A DNA stretch of 64,000 bases from the human T2T-CHM13v2.0 reference genome, Homo sapiens. A program made the translations under genes and the position numbers. Shown one piece after another: positions 31,996 to 45,155 of the stretch. The stretch lies in NCBI RefSeq assembly GCF_009914755.1, contig NC_060940.1. One strand, written 5' to 3'. Below the pieces are notes generated by a model. That model did no database searches. It saw only the letters and a program-made list of their open reading frames with translations, and was not told where the DNA came from. Position 1 is the stretch's first letter. Each line of letters begins with the position of its first letter.

Positions 31996-32136
31996 CCAAC
32001 CATGGGTAGGTAAATGAGTGCCAGGAGTTAGGAGATCGCACCTCGGTAGAGAGAGTTCCTTGAGCCAGGAAGACTATGCACAGGCTCAGGAAGGCTGGCT
32101 TGGCCTAAACAGAAGTGGGTCAAAGGTTAAGGAGTA

Positions 32137-32500
32137 TGTCTCAGTCTATTTGGGCTGCCATAGCAAAATGCCATAGACTGGGTAACTCATAAATAGCAGA
32201 AACTGATTCCTCACAGTTCTGGAGGCTGGGAAGTCCAAGATCAAGTTACTGGCAGATTGGGTGTCTGGTGGGGGTCCATTCCTCATAGATAGCATCTTCT
32301 TGCTGAGTACTCAACATGACAGAAGGGGTGAACAAGCTCCCTGAGGTCTCTTTTATATGGGTACTAATCCCATCCATAAAGGCTCTGCCTTCAAGACCTC
32401 GTCACCTCCCAAAGGCCTCACCTCCTCATTTCATCACACTGGGGATGAGGTTTCAACCACTAATTTTTGGTGGGAGGAGACAAATATTTAGACCTTAGCA
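32137..32500 (-). mobile_element. MST/MLT1A MaLR solo LTR
   Basis: tgtctcagtc...cctcacagttctggaggctgggaagtccaagatcaag...gaccttagca. Confidence 0.88.
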
Positions 32501-33969
32501 AAGTACAACAAAATGTTCCTGTGGTTGCTTTCTGATATTCACCCAATCACCCTGAAGGGACAAACCTTTCTACCACTTCAAAGAGGGAGACAATCTTACT
32601 AGCATGTAATAATCAGCACTGTTACCCACAGCTCAAGCCCTCACCCTAGAAACAAAGCCAAGACCACTAAGTGGGTAGGTGTCCTGGCTAAGTGTGGACA
32701 CAGGGCACAATCAGAGATGTGAACACACAAAGAGCTTCACCAGCTTCTCACAGACCCTGCTTGCCTTTCGAAGTGATGAATACACATGGCCTGGTCATTC
32801 CAGAGACTAATAAGACCCCTCTGGCCCATTACCTGAAACTGGGGACCCAATACCATGCAGATGGACTGAGTCATTACAAAGGCAATTAAATGCCCAACTC
32901 CATAGCCAGGTGCCAACATGTAGGCTTTTGTGCATGGATAACTTAGTTCTTTCAGGAGGGGAAGAATCTTTAGTCTTATTTTCTCTCAAGCCTGGGGTTA
33001 ATTGGGAAGCCAGCTTCGGTGACTAGTACACAGAGGCTAATTTGTACAACCATTGCTCACAAGTGGGTGGGGGGGATGACGGCAAAAAAAAATAAAAATA
33101 CAACATTGCTGGAGACAGTCTGCCATTGAATTGGATCTTAATATTCTAGTCCATGAACCAGCGGTTGCACTAGAGCTTGGTTAAAAAAAAAAAAAAGCAG
33201 GAAAAACCCACACACATTCTTTCAATTTCTAAAGGGAAATTTGACTCGGGCTGTAGAACAAAGGACGAAGAAATAGAAGTAAAAGAAAATCAAAGAAAAA
33301 GTTATTTGGATTCAAGGGGATCAGATGTTTCATTTATTGCAGGTTGGAGACCTTCAATCAGCCAAATGAAAGGAACATTTGTATTAAAATACCTATGAGG
33401 CAGAGAGAAAGCCTTGATCGGGTGCAGCAGAGTTAAGTTACAGCAATCGTGCTGAGAGATATGAACCCACCTTCGAGGTTATCTGTTCCCAATATTGAAG
33501 GTTTTCTGTGTTACAAACCTGAGATGAAAGGTAGTTGTTTTGACGTCTGGGTCTGGAAGGCAGACGCTGAAATTAGCAGCATTCTTGATGTGTGTGCAGC
33601 AGGAACATGGAGCCCGGGATGGGGTGAAAATGTAGCTGCTTTATTAAAAGGAAACGATGTTAATGCAACACTAAGTGCCCAAGTCACCCATGAGGGTAGG
33701 GTGTGGATGGGGATTACAAAAACACCTTCTGAGAAGGGGCAGAGAAGGAGCACTGCACTAGGGGTCTGGGACCAAAGGTATAGCCCCTCCTCTGACCCTG
33801 GGTTGGTAGCTCCAAAATAGCTGGGACTTAGCCTGTCTAGTTCACAGTGCCAGGCATATAGGAGGTGTTTGATATATGTCAAACAAATGCATGAATGAAT
33901 AAATGAATATGAACTTGGGCCTCTTTGGACCTAAGTCTTACAAAATAAGGAGCTGGGACTAACTATGGA

Positions 33970-34330
33970 TTTCTCCAGTGGGATGAATACCACTGATGGT
34001 TGGGCAGCACATGGATGGGTTTGGGTGACATGCAAAGACATGGTATTAAACAGTACTAACTCAGAGAGAGAAAGGTATCACTTCTGGACTCTTTCTAGCC
34101 TCTGACTCCCTCTAAGAGAAAGTCTCAATCCAATGCTAACATCTCTTTAACACCTCTGCAATGTTTTCAACCCTCTCTTCATAATGATAAGAGGGGAAGG
34201 CCCAGGCTCACATCCTCAGCAGGCATCAGCATCCAACTCCATTTCATAACTTGATTTATTTCCTTTGTACTTAATTTCACAGTTGCCTTTCTATGTATGG
34301 CAAGTGATAGTTTTTCCTTGGCAGAACTGA
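33970..34330. mobile_element. MER113 hAT-Charlie (copy 1)
   Basis: gagaaagtctca...tctttaacacctct...caggctca...cagttgccttctatgtatggcaagtgata. Confidence 0.65.
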
Positions 34331-35232
34331 TCTTTTTAGGGTTTCTTTGTCAGACAGATGTTTCTAAGTAAGCACGAATTGATGTAAAGCCACCATTAAG
34401 GAAATAACAGCTCAAGTGGGATGCAGACAAGGAAAATATCATGATGATGAGAGATGGTTTGGAAAAAAAAAAAAAGAAATTGTCCCAGCTGACCTTGAAG
34501 GTCTCTTCTGGAAACACTGAGCATCTGAAGTCTAGGACTCCACTCTTCTGGTTTATGTAGAGCAAATCCAGCAGTCTCTAGCAAAGAGGTGACTGCAATC
34601 CGAACCTTTGGAAGATGGGCCTATTCATGTATCCATTTATTCATTCTCTCAATAAGTATTTATCAAGAGCATATTATATGTGCACTGCTGTTCCAGGCAC
34701 TGGGATAGTAGTGAAAGAAAAATAGGGAAAAAAGTCTCTGCCCTCATGGAGTTTCTGTTTTAGTGGTTTGAGGCAAGACAGGGACCAGGGCAGGTAAATG
34801 AGGCACTGAGGGTGTGTAATGTAAGGAGGCACCTGGTCTCAGGACTGCGCATGACCTTGACCTGACTTGAGACGAGTTTCCCATCCTGACCGTAACCTGG
34901 CATAGTTGTCATCATTCTGGGGGCCACAAATCCTGTCCCTGGAGGGTCTGGTGTAATTGCTCTTTGGTGGGTCCCCAGACTAGTATCTGGGGAGAGCAAC
35001 AAAGATTATTCCCATCCACTTCCAGGATTGAGAACCACTGACATGGACCAAGAAACCTTCAAATTTTTTGATTTGGCACTTTTCAAAGGCATCAACCTTC
35101 TTAGTCACTAAGTCGATCTTCACTTACCAAATAAATTAACTAATGAGTGAGTTGGTATGTTGTCACTCACCATAATGACAAAAATACTCCTGTCCTCTGC
35201 CTCCTTACCAGGTGTCAGGTAATATCATTCAC

Positions 35233-35578
<346 letters not shown>

Positions 35579-36154
35579 TAGGTGTTATTATCATCATCAC
35601 CCCCTTTTGAAGATGAGGACACTGAAGGAAAGAGAAGTTAAGGAGCTTAACCCCAGCCCAACAAAACTTGCTAACTTTACCCAAGCTAACTTAGCCAAAG
35701 AAAACCCAGAAGGGCCATGCTCCTAACCCCTGTGCCCTACTGCTTCTCTATGGGATGAGTCTCAATGCCTGGGGACTTGGTCACAGGAGTTACAGCAAAG
35801 AGAGTGCATGTGAAAATGAGTGAAGTAAGGAGTCCTTTGTACCTTAAAGATAGCACATAGGAATAATTGTCACTTCCACCAAAAAATGTGTTCCTTCTCA
35901 TTCTTCTCCAAACATGAGTCTAATTCTAGGTTCATTTTGCTTCCATGTCTGTTAAAGCCACAGCCATACAACTGTGGTCCTCTATATAAGAAAAAAGCAA
36001 CAGTGCAAGCATGGTATTACATAACAACACATCCCCTGGTATTGGGGAAGTCTTGGGGCATGGTGGGGAGTGTGGCTAATTGGGAAGAGGAGCCTGTCCA
36101 ATGTCTCCAGATTTCCTGACTTATCAAAAGAAATAAGAAATTTAGATTTAGTTG

Positions 36155-36457
36155 AGCCGGGCGCTGTGGCTCACGTCTGTAATCCCAGCACTTTGGGAGG
36201 CCAAGGCGGGCAGATCACGAGGTCAGGAGATCAAGACCATCCTGGTTAACATGGTGAAACCCCATCTCCACAAAAATACAAAAAATTAGCCAGGTGTGGT
36301 GGCGGGCGCCTATAGTCCCAGCTACTCAGGAGGCTGAGGTAGGAGAATGGCATGAACCCGGGAGGCAGAGCTTGCAGTGAGCCGAGATTGCACCACTGCA
36401 CTTCAGCCTGGGCGACAGAGCAAGACTCCATCTCAAAAAAAAAAAAAAAAAAGAAAT
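36155..36457 (+). mobile_element. AluY with 18-bp TSD gaaatttagatttagttg
   Basis: Y diagnostics (gatcacgaggtcaggagatc..accatcctgg; aatggcatgaacccgggaggcagagcttgcag); TSD 36137-36154 and 36458-36475. Confidence 0.93.
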
Positions 36458-37108
36458 GAAATTTAGATTTAGTTGTGAAATCATTGAATTTCCAAGGGGG
36501 CTCTAATTTATAAGTAACTGCATGGGATAAATACATGCTTTGGAAAACCTGAGTGTGAAGTCTTCTGGAAATGACCAAGCTAGAGAAGAAGTCTTAGGAA
36601 TCTACTCTAAGATCACTGAGTGATCTAGGACAAGCTCTGGGGTTTCTCTGTGCCATGAATCTAAAGCTGTAAAAAGGATATGAAAAATATTATTTATTCA
36701 TTCTTCAACTTTTAGCAACAACTTCTATATATTAAACACTGTGCCAGATGGGGGGTTTAAAGATTAAATCAATATGCTTATCATTGAGTGAGGGAGATGC
36801 TGGACTGTGAACTCTAGGTCCACAGGGTAAGAACAGCTGTGAAATAAGAACAGGGAGCACACGGGGAAGGCTGGTAGTTCTGCCTGGAAGAGATGACATT
36901 TCAACCAGGGCTTGAAGGCTGAATGTGAATCTCCAAGGCAGCAAAGGAAGAAAGAAAATGACTTTTCCTTGATTCCAAAGTGCTCTGTAGACCAATACAA
37001 CATGAATCTTTTATAAGTTTGAAAAACATGCATATAGTCCCATAAATTGAAGAGTGAGCAAACTGATCCTACAACCCCCCAAACCATCTTTGTCTCACAT
37101 ATTAATTA

Positions 37109-37327
37109 CAGGGTGAGCATCCCAAATCCGAACATCCAAAATCAGAAGTTTTTTGAGCACTGACCTGATGCTCAATGGAAATGCTCATCGGAGTATTTCA
37201 GATTTCAAATTTTTGGATTTAGGATGCTCAACTGGTAAGCCTAATGCAAATATTCCAAAATCCAAAAAAGACTGAAATTCAAAGCATTTCTGGTCTCAAG
37301 CATTTTAGATAAGGGATACTCAACCTG
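37109..37327. mobile_element. Tigger4a (MER46A) MITE with TA TSDs
   Basis: ta|cagggtgagcatccc...gggatactcaacctg|ta terminal inverted repeats. Confidence 0.9.
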
Positions 37328-38790
37328 TACTTATCTAAGTGTAAAACCAGACTCGTTGGACTTTGGACTTTTCCCAGAGCTGTTTTTCCCTCCTCTGTCT
37401 TACTGGAGTCACCGTCGTCCAGGAGCCCAGGTTACACATTTTGGTGCTGTCTCTAGCTCTACCCTTTTCCTCTCCCTGCATATGTGACCCAGGGAAGGGT
37501 CTCTCTCATGGTGCTGACTTGCTGGCCCCCCGAGCCATGCCTCTGCCAATGCAGACTTTTGTCTCCTGCATGGACTCTTGCTGTTGTTTTCTCTCTGCTC
37601 CTCCTGTCTCTTGTCTCTCCTCCAGTCAATCCATTGCTCTTTCCAAAACTCAGATCTGACTATGTTGCTCTCTGGCTTAAATTTACAATGGCTCCCACTG
37701 ACCTCAGATCAAAGCCAGCAGTGTAGCATGGCATTCGGACTCTGGGCCCCGCCTATCCTTCCTCACCATCACCATCCTTTTGCCAACACTCCCCTGAAAA
37801 CTACACTCACGGGCACACTATATTTCTACTCACCACATGCTCCCTTCACATGCCTGGCAACTTCCTAGCTCTGTGGCCTGCTACAGGCTCTTTTCTCATC
37901 TTCGCATGACTTTCCTGCCATTTTTAGCCATAGAACCACAGCCATGCCAAGTATTCCCTTCTCTGGAAACCTTCCCTTTCTGTTGTCCCCTGCTGTCCCC
38001 CGCCTCCCCCATGCTGACACACAGCAGGCTAGAGATAGGAGAGGAGAAGGAAAATGAGGCAGGTAGGTAGGGTCTTGAAAGTCAGAGAGGGAAAAGCCTT
38101 TTGAAAAAATCACTTTTGCAAAAGCCTCCACCCCAACTCAGCAGAACCCTTTCACCAAACATGGAGATCCACCCGCAGAAAGAAAGAGAAAGCAATTTCA
38201 CACATTGGTAAAAGGCCTGTGGCAGAAGAAAAGGAAAAGCCACCAGTTGGCAGTAGGTGGTACAGAGATCCAGCAGGAAAGCCCAATCAAATGGGAGATT
38301 GGGACATTTCTGGGAAGCATATGGGCCCCAGCCCTCGCTGGCTGACACTCCTGTCTGAGAAGGAGGGCAGCCAGTTGTCCAAAAAGCTCGGGCAGCCACG
38401 TGTCAGGCCTTGTTCATGGCCAAGAAGAGCAGGAAGGTTGACTGTTCTAGGGCAGAGCAGGCACATGGGTGTTTCTGCATCATTCACCTGGAAGGGCAAC
38501 ATTTCCAACAGGGGCATCTTCTTTTCTGCCTTCAGCAACCATTTTCTGTTAATGCATAGTCTCAAACTCAAACACCTGGGCAGGCAGGTGACGAGAGAGA
38601 ATAATGTCATCTAGTGGGACTGGGAAGAGAAGACTGTGCCCATGACAAACAGGCACACCCTCTCCTCGGCTCCAGCTGACTGTCATGAGATCCGCAGGCT
38701 TTTCTAGAAATGTTGGATATTGAAACTTTCATAGGAAGTCTTCTGTTATTAAAATGTTTGCTCATTCCTCCCCTGCCCCCCAACCCCGGC

Positions 38791-39065
38791 CACCCAGGCT
38801 GGAGTGTAGTGGCTCACTGCACTCACTGCACCTCAGCTCACTGCAACCTCTCCCTCCCAGGTTCAAGCGATTCTCCTGCCTCAGCCTCCCAAGTAGCTGG
38901 GATTACAGGCGTCCACCACCATGTCTGGCTAATTTTTGTATTTTTAGTAGAGATGGGGTTTCACCATGTTGACCAGGATTGTCTCAAACTCCTAACCTCA
39001 GGTGATTTACCTACCTTGGCCTCCCAAAGCACTGAGATTATAGGCATGAGCCACCATGTCTGGCC
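38791..39065 (-). mobile_element. AluS lacking its 3' end and tail
   Basis: Begins abruptly at cacccaggctgg. Confidence 0.9.
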
Positions 39066-40312
39066 TGTTTGCTCAATTTCTAATTTCTAAAAACATGGTA
39101 CAGTGCAAAAGAAACAAGGCCACCAGTGCCTGAACACTAATGTATAGGTTCAGATTAAGCACATTAACTCTGAGCAAATAAATATGGCCCTTAAGTCGGC
39201 AAGACTCCATCTCTTAGGCTGATAATGGATAATCTGCCATTTAGTTGGATTTTTCTGAATACGTAGGTATTTGGCTCTGCAGAAACTGGGTTTCAGTATG
39301 CAAGAATATCCGCAAATATTTCTCTGTGCATTCCCTGGTTATCACCCCTGGAGGTGAAAGCAGTGCCTCTATTATTATTAATGTTTTAATTTCAAGACAA
39401 GAAGAGTTCTTAGACATCAGCTAGCCTTGTCTCCCTGCCACAATTTTGCAGTTCAGGAAACCGAGGCCCAGGGAGGGGACGAGCTTGTTTGGGGACACAG
39501 AACAAGTTGGAACTTCCATCAGCACGTTGGGAGTATTTACGGATCATACACACCCACACAAGTCTGGGTTTGTGTTTTCCCTGGTCCTCAAGAAAAAGCC
39601 CACCGGGTTGCCAGATGTGCCGAGCTCAAAGGAGTCCAAGGAAGTGGTTTAACAGCGATGAGAAGCAGGCCCAGTCAGGGGTATAATCTGGCCTTCCCAT
39701 CAGCCTCGCCTTTCTGCCTACAGGAGATAAGAGGCTGGTGTGGAGGAAACTGATATACAGCCACACGCCACAGAAATCATGTCCTTCTGCAGGCTTGGGC
39801 CACCTCCTCTCCCAGTCTTAGGCTTATGTGAAGCCTCAGAACCCTGGAGCCCATGTGTGAATGAGAAGCATCTACCTTGGCTGAGTCCTGTCCTTTCCCC
39901 TTTTCCTTCCATTTCTCATGGTCCCCTCTTTTCCCAAGGCTTCTGTTGAAAGAAAGTGCTTGAAATGTGCATTTCTGCTTTGTGTGCCAGCTCTTGCATT
40001 TCTTTACAGAAACTGCAGAAGAGAGAGCAATGCTTACCTCAAAGGCGTGAGGTTCCAATGGTGGAACTACCATTAGAGCCTGTTTGGCCTTGAGGGACCT
40101 CCCGGTCAATGTCAGATGATAGCTCTTGAGGGACCCCTTTCTCCAGCTCCTGGGAAGCTTTCCCTGAAGCTCAAGGGGACTCTGTCTCTCCGGGCTCTCT
40201 TGCCTCCCTCATCCCATTTATTGTCATGTCAGAGCAGACCTTGGCTACAAATTCCCTATTTTCACTTTTAAAACTACGTCAATACATATGTGTGTCTGTG
40301 AGTTTGTATGAT

Positions 40313-40471
40313 GGGGGTGAGGGAAGGGGAGAAGAGGGGATGAGAGAAGGGAAGAGGGGAAGGGAGGGGAGGAGAAGAGAGGGGAGGTGAGGAGAGGAAA
40401 GAAGAGGAGCGGAGAGGAGGGGAGGGGGACAGACATGGGCCAGAGGAGAGAGGAGGGAGGGGAGAGGGAGA
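40313..40471 (+). repeat. GA-rich low-complexity tract
   Basis: Direct reading. Confidence 0.85.
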
Positions 40472-40630
40472 GTGAATCACCTGCTATGTGTTCAAATCCT
40501 CCCAACAATCAACCATCCTGTGAAGCAGGTCTTCTTGCCCCATTTTCCAAATGAGGACCCTGAGGCTCCCCTTGTCCTCTCCACCACTTGCTTTCACTTC
40601 CTTCCTCTCCTGTGCACTCCTCCTTTCCTA

Positions 40631-40724
40631 CCTGAACATTATCTTCATTCCCAAATTTGGAGTTGGTCCTGTGTTCCCCTGAACATTATCTTCATTCCCA
40701 AATTTGGAGTTGGTCCTGTGTTCC
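40631..40724 (+). repeat. Perfect 47-bp tandem duplication
   Basis: cctgaacattatcttcattcccaaatttggagttggtcctgtgttcc x2. Confidence 0.95.
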
Positions 40725-41044
40725 TGGGGGCACGTTGCCGGTGCATAGGTGTGGGGCTGCAAGCCTGCAGTCCGTCTCACCATGGGGCTCCATGCAGTGG
40801 AGTTTATTCCTGGATGGACATCTGGACCTGCAAGATTTATGGGGACCCACAAGATGCTGCCAAAGGCTCTTTTTATGGGTAGTTGCAACACAGAACAGAA
40901 TATCACTGTGGTCAGGCACCCTGGAGACAGAGAGAGCAGGGGTGCCTGACTGGCTGTGCATCCAACAAATGGGGCAGTACTAACTAGTCCTAGTGCTAGT
41001 ACTTACCTCATAGGATTATTGCGAGGATGAGCTAAGATAATGGG

Positions 41045-41530
41045 GTGTTTCCAGAGGTGCAGAGACCACGGGTGGTATTGAAAATGATTTGAAATAATGC
41101 ACAGACAAGGCATTAAATAGCACTGACTCAAACAGCAAGTGTATTAGGTCCTTTTTAGCTCTCTTTGAATTCTTCTAATTACGTCAAGAAAGTCTCCAGT
41201 TGATGCTATTGTGTCTTTAACGCCTAACAAGTACTAATTATTTTTGTTGTTTTGTTCTCTGTGTTTTAACAAAGGGAGTGAAGACTTCAGGCTCAGAGTC
41301 CCACTGCAGGCAACAGTATCTAGGTAGAACTTAATACATATTTTCTTTTTTATTGGAATAATTTTTATGGTTAGTGGTTTTCTATTCACAGAAATAGTAT
41401 AAAATTTTCTGTGTGAGTAAATGGATTTAGGTTTTAAAAGCAGATCCATTTAAAGGGGAGAACAGCATTAAGTAGATCATAGTATCAATAACATTCAAAT
41501 ATGTCCAAAATTATAAAAGGAGCCCACAGT
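41045..41530. mobile_element. MER113 (copy 2)
   Basis: ggcattaaata...attacgtcaag.aaagtctc...caggctcagag...gcaggcaacagtatctag. Confidence 0.7.
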
Positions 41531-41929
41531 GATGAAATTTTCAGAATCATTGAGATAATCCACGTCAAGAGCACAGTGGTGGTTATTACTCTTCTGGTGT
41601 TGACCCAAGAGTTTCCACATCTAAAACAGGTGGGACAAACTAGGTAGTTTGGGCCCTTCCAACTCTGAGGATCCAAAGTCCTTACTTATTTAGTACCTTG
41701 TTTTCCTCTGTCAGGTTCAAAGACAGATTCTCCAATGAGTGATCTTCATCAAATGAAGCTTGGGCTACTCCCAAGGAATCCTGCCACTCTGGAAGATGTT
41801 TGATGCAAAATATCTCTGGGGTCAGACAAGTCGACTTATGCTTTCTGAGTCTCAGTTCTTCATCTGCAAAATGCTGTGCCTGATAGCACTAACCTCCGGG
41901 TTCTGTAGATTTCATAAGATTATGTAATG

Positions 41930-42160
41930 TAGCACAAAATGTGAAAAAGTGACCACGAGATATGTATCAATGCCCAGACAAGGCATTGAGTAATACTGAC
42001 TCACACAGCAAGTTTCCCTATTGCATCAATGAGAAAGTCTCAGTCTGGTAATAATATTGCCTAAGTGCTTTTCTTACACCTGCCAAATAACCCTTTAATT
42101 AAGTAGAGGGAAAGGCCTCAAGGCCTTAGGCTTTTGGCAGGCAATAAGATCCAACTGGGA
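41930..42160. mobile_element. MER113 (copy 3, partial)
   Basis: gacaaggcatt...gagaaagtctcagt...ggcctca...ggcaggcaa. Confidence 0.6.
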
Positions 42161-42338
42161 TATTAGAGATAGGCTTAGAGGAATATGAAGACTATATCCC
42201 CACATTAGCCCTGGGAACAGAACAGGAGCCAAGGGACAGTGGTATTTGAGCTCACCCCTGAAGAGACAGAAAGATTCCTCCAGGCAAAACATACTGGAAA
42301 GATGTACAAGGCATCAGGAAAAGCAATCCCTTAAAATC

Positions 42339-43240
42339 AGGAGGCCTTAGCCAGGTTTGTGCTACAGACCCTCCAGGGGAGGTCTATGGACCTCCTTATG
42401 GAATAATGTGGGTTTTAAAATGTGAGATGAAAATATTGGCATTGTTCTTGTGGATTTTTAAATAGTGATAAAATATACATGACATAAAATGTATTATTTT
42501 AACTATTTTTAAGTGTACAAGTCAGTGACATTAAGTATTCACATTATTGTATAGCCACCACCATATCCATCTACAGAACTGTATCTTCCCAACCTGGAAG
42601 TCTACACCCATTAACAATACCACTCATTATTTCCTCCTTTCCCATCTTGGGGCAATCATCACTCTACTTCCTGTGAATGAACTTGACTGCTCTACATATC
42701 CCATGTGAGTGGAATCATATAGTATTTGTCCTTTTTTAATTATCCTATTTATCCCAAGTCAGGCTTACTTCACTTAGCATAGTCTTCAAGGCTCATTACA
42801 GAATAATGTCATTGCATGCATAAAATTTACAAAACAGCATTACAAAGAAAAGTTATATTAAATAACAGTTATCTAAATAATTATTTAAATTAATATAGTA
42901 ATATGTGGGCTTTTATTAACCAAGATATAATAAGATATAGAGGTGGGTCTACTCATCACTATAATTTCCAGAGAGTAGTGAGTCTGTTTCAAGATACTCT
43001 GTAGCAACTATAATGTGATATGAAAATATCTGTGATATCTATTAATGACGAAGTCACAAAAGTCCCATGTAGTGCTGATACAATTTTAGTTGTTGCCTAC
43101 ATTCAGAATTGAAGGAAATGCTAACTTTCAGTTAGAAGTTAGCAAAAATTAAAAAATACATTTTTTTTTCCCATCCAAGCTAAGAATTCCATGGAATTCT
43201 TAGAAGGCTTCCATTTCATGGAACCCAGGTTAAGAATCTT
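42339..43240. mobile_element. Charlie4a, split by an L1MB fragment (~42455-42795, minus strand)
   Basis: ctatggacc...gaataatgt; taatgtgatatgaaaatatctgtgat...ttgcctacattc...cccaggttaagaa. Confidence 0.8.
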
Positions 43241-44206
43241 CAACCCATGAAAGGAATATTTTTATTCTTCATAAGTTTATTTCATTCTTGGTCCAGAGGT
43301 GAGGCAAAGATCAGATCCTCTCAGCTTCTACTTGGCCCCAGAAACCAACTCTTTGGCATAGACAGTAAGGCTGGGTTTTGGACACGAAACATTTTTCATT
43401 AACCCCCACGCACCCCGCCCAGGTATTATGTTTGAAAAGCAGTCTGTGACAGGGAGTGGTTAAAACAGAAGACAAGTTTGTTTCACTCCGAAAGCTCTTC
43501 CATTTGGTCTCATGGTTCATTAGTATTTGTTGTGCAACACCAAAAAAAAAAAAAAATGCACTCAGATGTAAATGCAGGGACGGCCCAAAACACAGGAGAC
43601 ACTCCACGTGTCTAGACAGCAATGTTCTAACCAACAGAGGAGACACACTGCGCTGTTCATAGTAGTTGCTTAATTTTTCTCATCTGCAAACAGGCTATGG
43701 ATTGCCAACCTTTAATTAAGAAGCAGTTTTCTTTTCAAAAGGAATGTGTTCTAATAAATACCAGCTGAGCTGGGATGGAGGCGCTATAGAAATTACAACT
43801 GCAGCTGAAAAACCATGAGACTTGCAGCAGGCTTACCATGAAGACCTTCAGGAAAGGAATAGTTTCCATGTGCTTTGGAGATGAGGACATGCCTTGTGGG
43901 CTATGCTCCTTGGCTTCAAAGCCAAGCCACAGCGCCGGTGCTGTGGGTTCTGCCTTCTTGGGCAGAGAGAGGACAGAAAGAGGCAGAAAGACAGTGAGGC
44001 AGGGTATTGGCTTAAATGACCTCTGCCTTGACATTCTATGACTTTAAAATCAAAGAGGTACTCAGGGTAAGGTTAGAAGTGTTCTTACTACAGCTGATAT
44101 CATTGACTTTGCAAAAGGGAGTTCCTAGTAAAGAAAATGTTTCTTCAGATTGAAGTGTCTTGGTATTTGAAATGTCTTAGCATCCCTGTGGCCCTCCCTC
44201 CACACG

Positions 44207-44394
44207 TAGTGTTGCCAGATAAAATGCAAGATGTCCAGTTAAATTTGAACATCAGATTAAAAATGAATAATTTTCAGTGTACATATATCCCGTGCAATAA
44301 GCTAAAAATATACAAAAGCATTATTTGTTGTTTATCTGAAATTCAAACTTAACTGTGCGTCCTGTATTTTTACTTACTAAATCGGCCAACTCTA
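44207..44394. mobile_element. MER53 palindromic hAT MITE
   Basis: gttgccagataaaat...ccagttaaatttgaa / ttcaaacttaactg...gtcctgtatttt...ccaactcta inverted arms. Confidence 0.88.
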
Positions 44395-44659
44395 CTCCCA
44401 CTCAAACCAGATCTTTCCTCCGATCCACTTTCCTCCAGTTCTTTGTAGAGAAATGCCAGGCCAGCCTGGCACAGACTGAGGTCAACTTAGAGACATGTGT
44501 ACAGTCAGCATAACGGTTAAGAACACCAACTTTGGAGTCTCAAAGACTTAAAGTAGCCTTCAACTCAAGCCTGTTGCTTTTTGATGGGTTTATCTTGAGA
44601 AGCTTTCATGACCTCCCAGGGCCTCAGCTTTGTCCTTTGCAGAATGGGGAGATTGAAAG

Positions 44660-44936
44660 TCACGGCTGATGTTCAGCCATGTCCAATAGTACAAAATCCA
44701 TACCAGCAGTTTAAAAATTAGAGCATTTCCCAGGCCAGTTGTCAAATAGCTTCCCAATCTCCCCTTCATTGTGCCAGGCACCCTGGCTCCTCCCCACCTC
44801 TTTCCTCATCTAGCAACAAATACCTGGCACAGTCAGGGGTCTCCAGGACCCTGTTCTAGTGTTTAACTCAGTGTTCTTTCTGATTGGCAAGTATCTGTGG
44901 CTTATTGATAGTTAAATAAATTGACAACCACTCCTG
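44660..44936. mobile_element. Old hAT-Tip100-like (ORSL-like) element inside a MIR
   Basis: tgattgg...gttaaata...accactcctg end; MIR sequence on both sides. Confidence 0.4.
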
Positions 44937-45019
44937 TTAGGAATACCCACCTCAAAGGTTGTTGTAAGGGGTAGGTGAAATGATGTGAAAGAACTGTGAT
45001 ATAGGGTTTGGCCCAGAGA

Positions 45020-45020
<1 letters not shown>

Positions 45021-45051
<31 letters not shown>

Positions 45052-45155
45052 AGAATGAATGAATGAATGAATGAATCCCTGTGCTACTTATAAGGAAGAG
45101 CCTTGCCTTTTTTTGCACATGGCAAACCATTCTCTCTCTCTCTCTCTCTCTCTCT
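45021..45155 (+). repeat. Microsatellite cluster (CA)n, (GAAT)n, (TC)n
   Basis: Direct reading. Confidence 0.9.
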
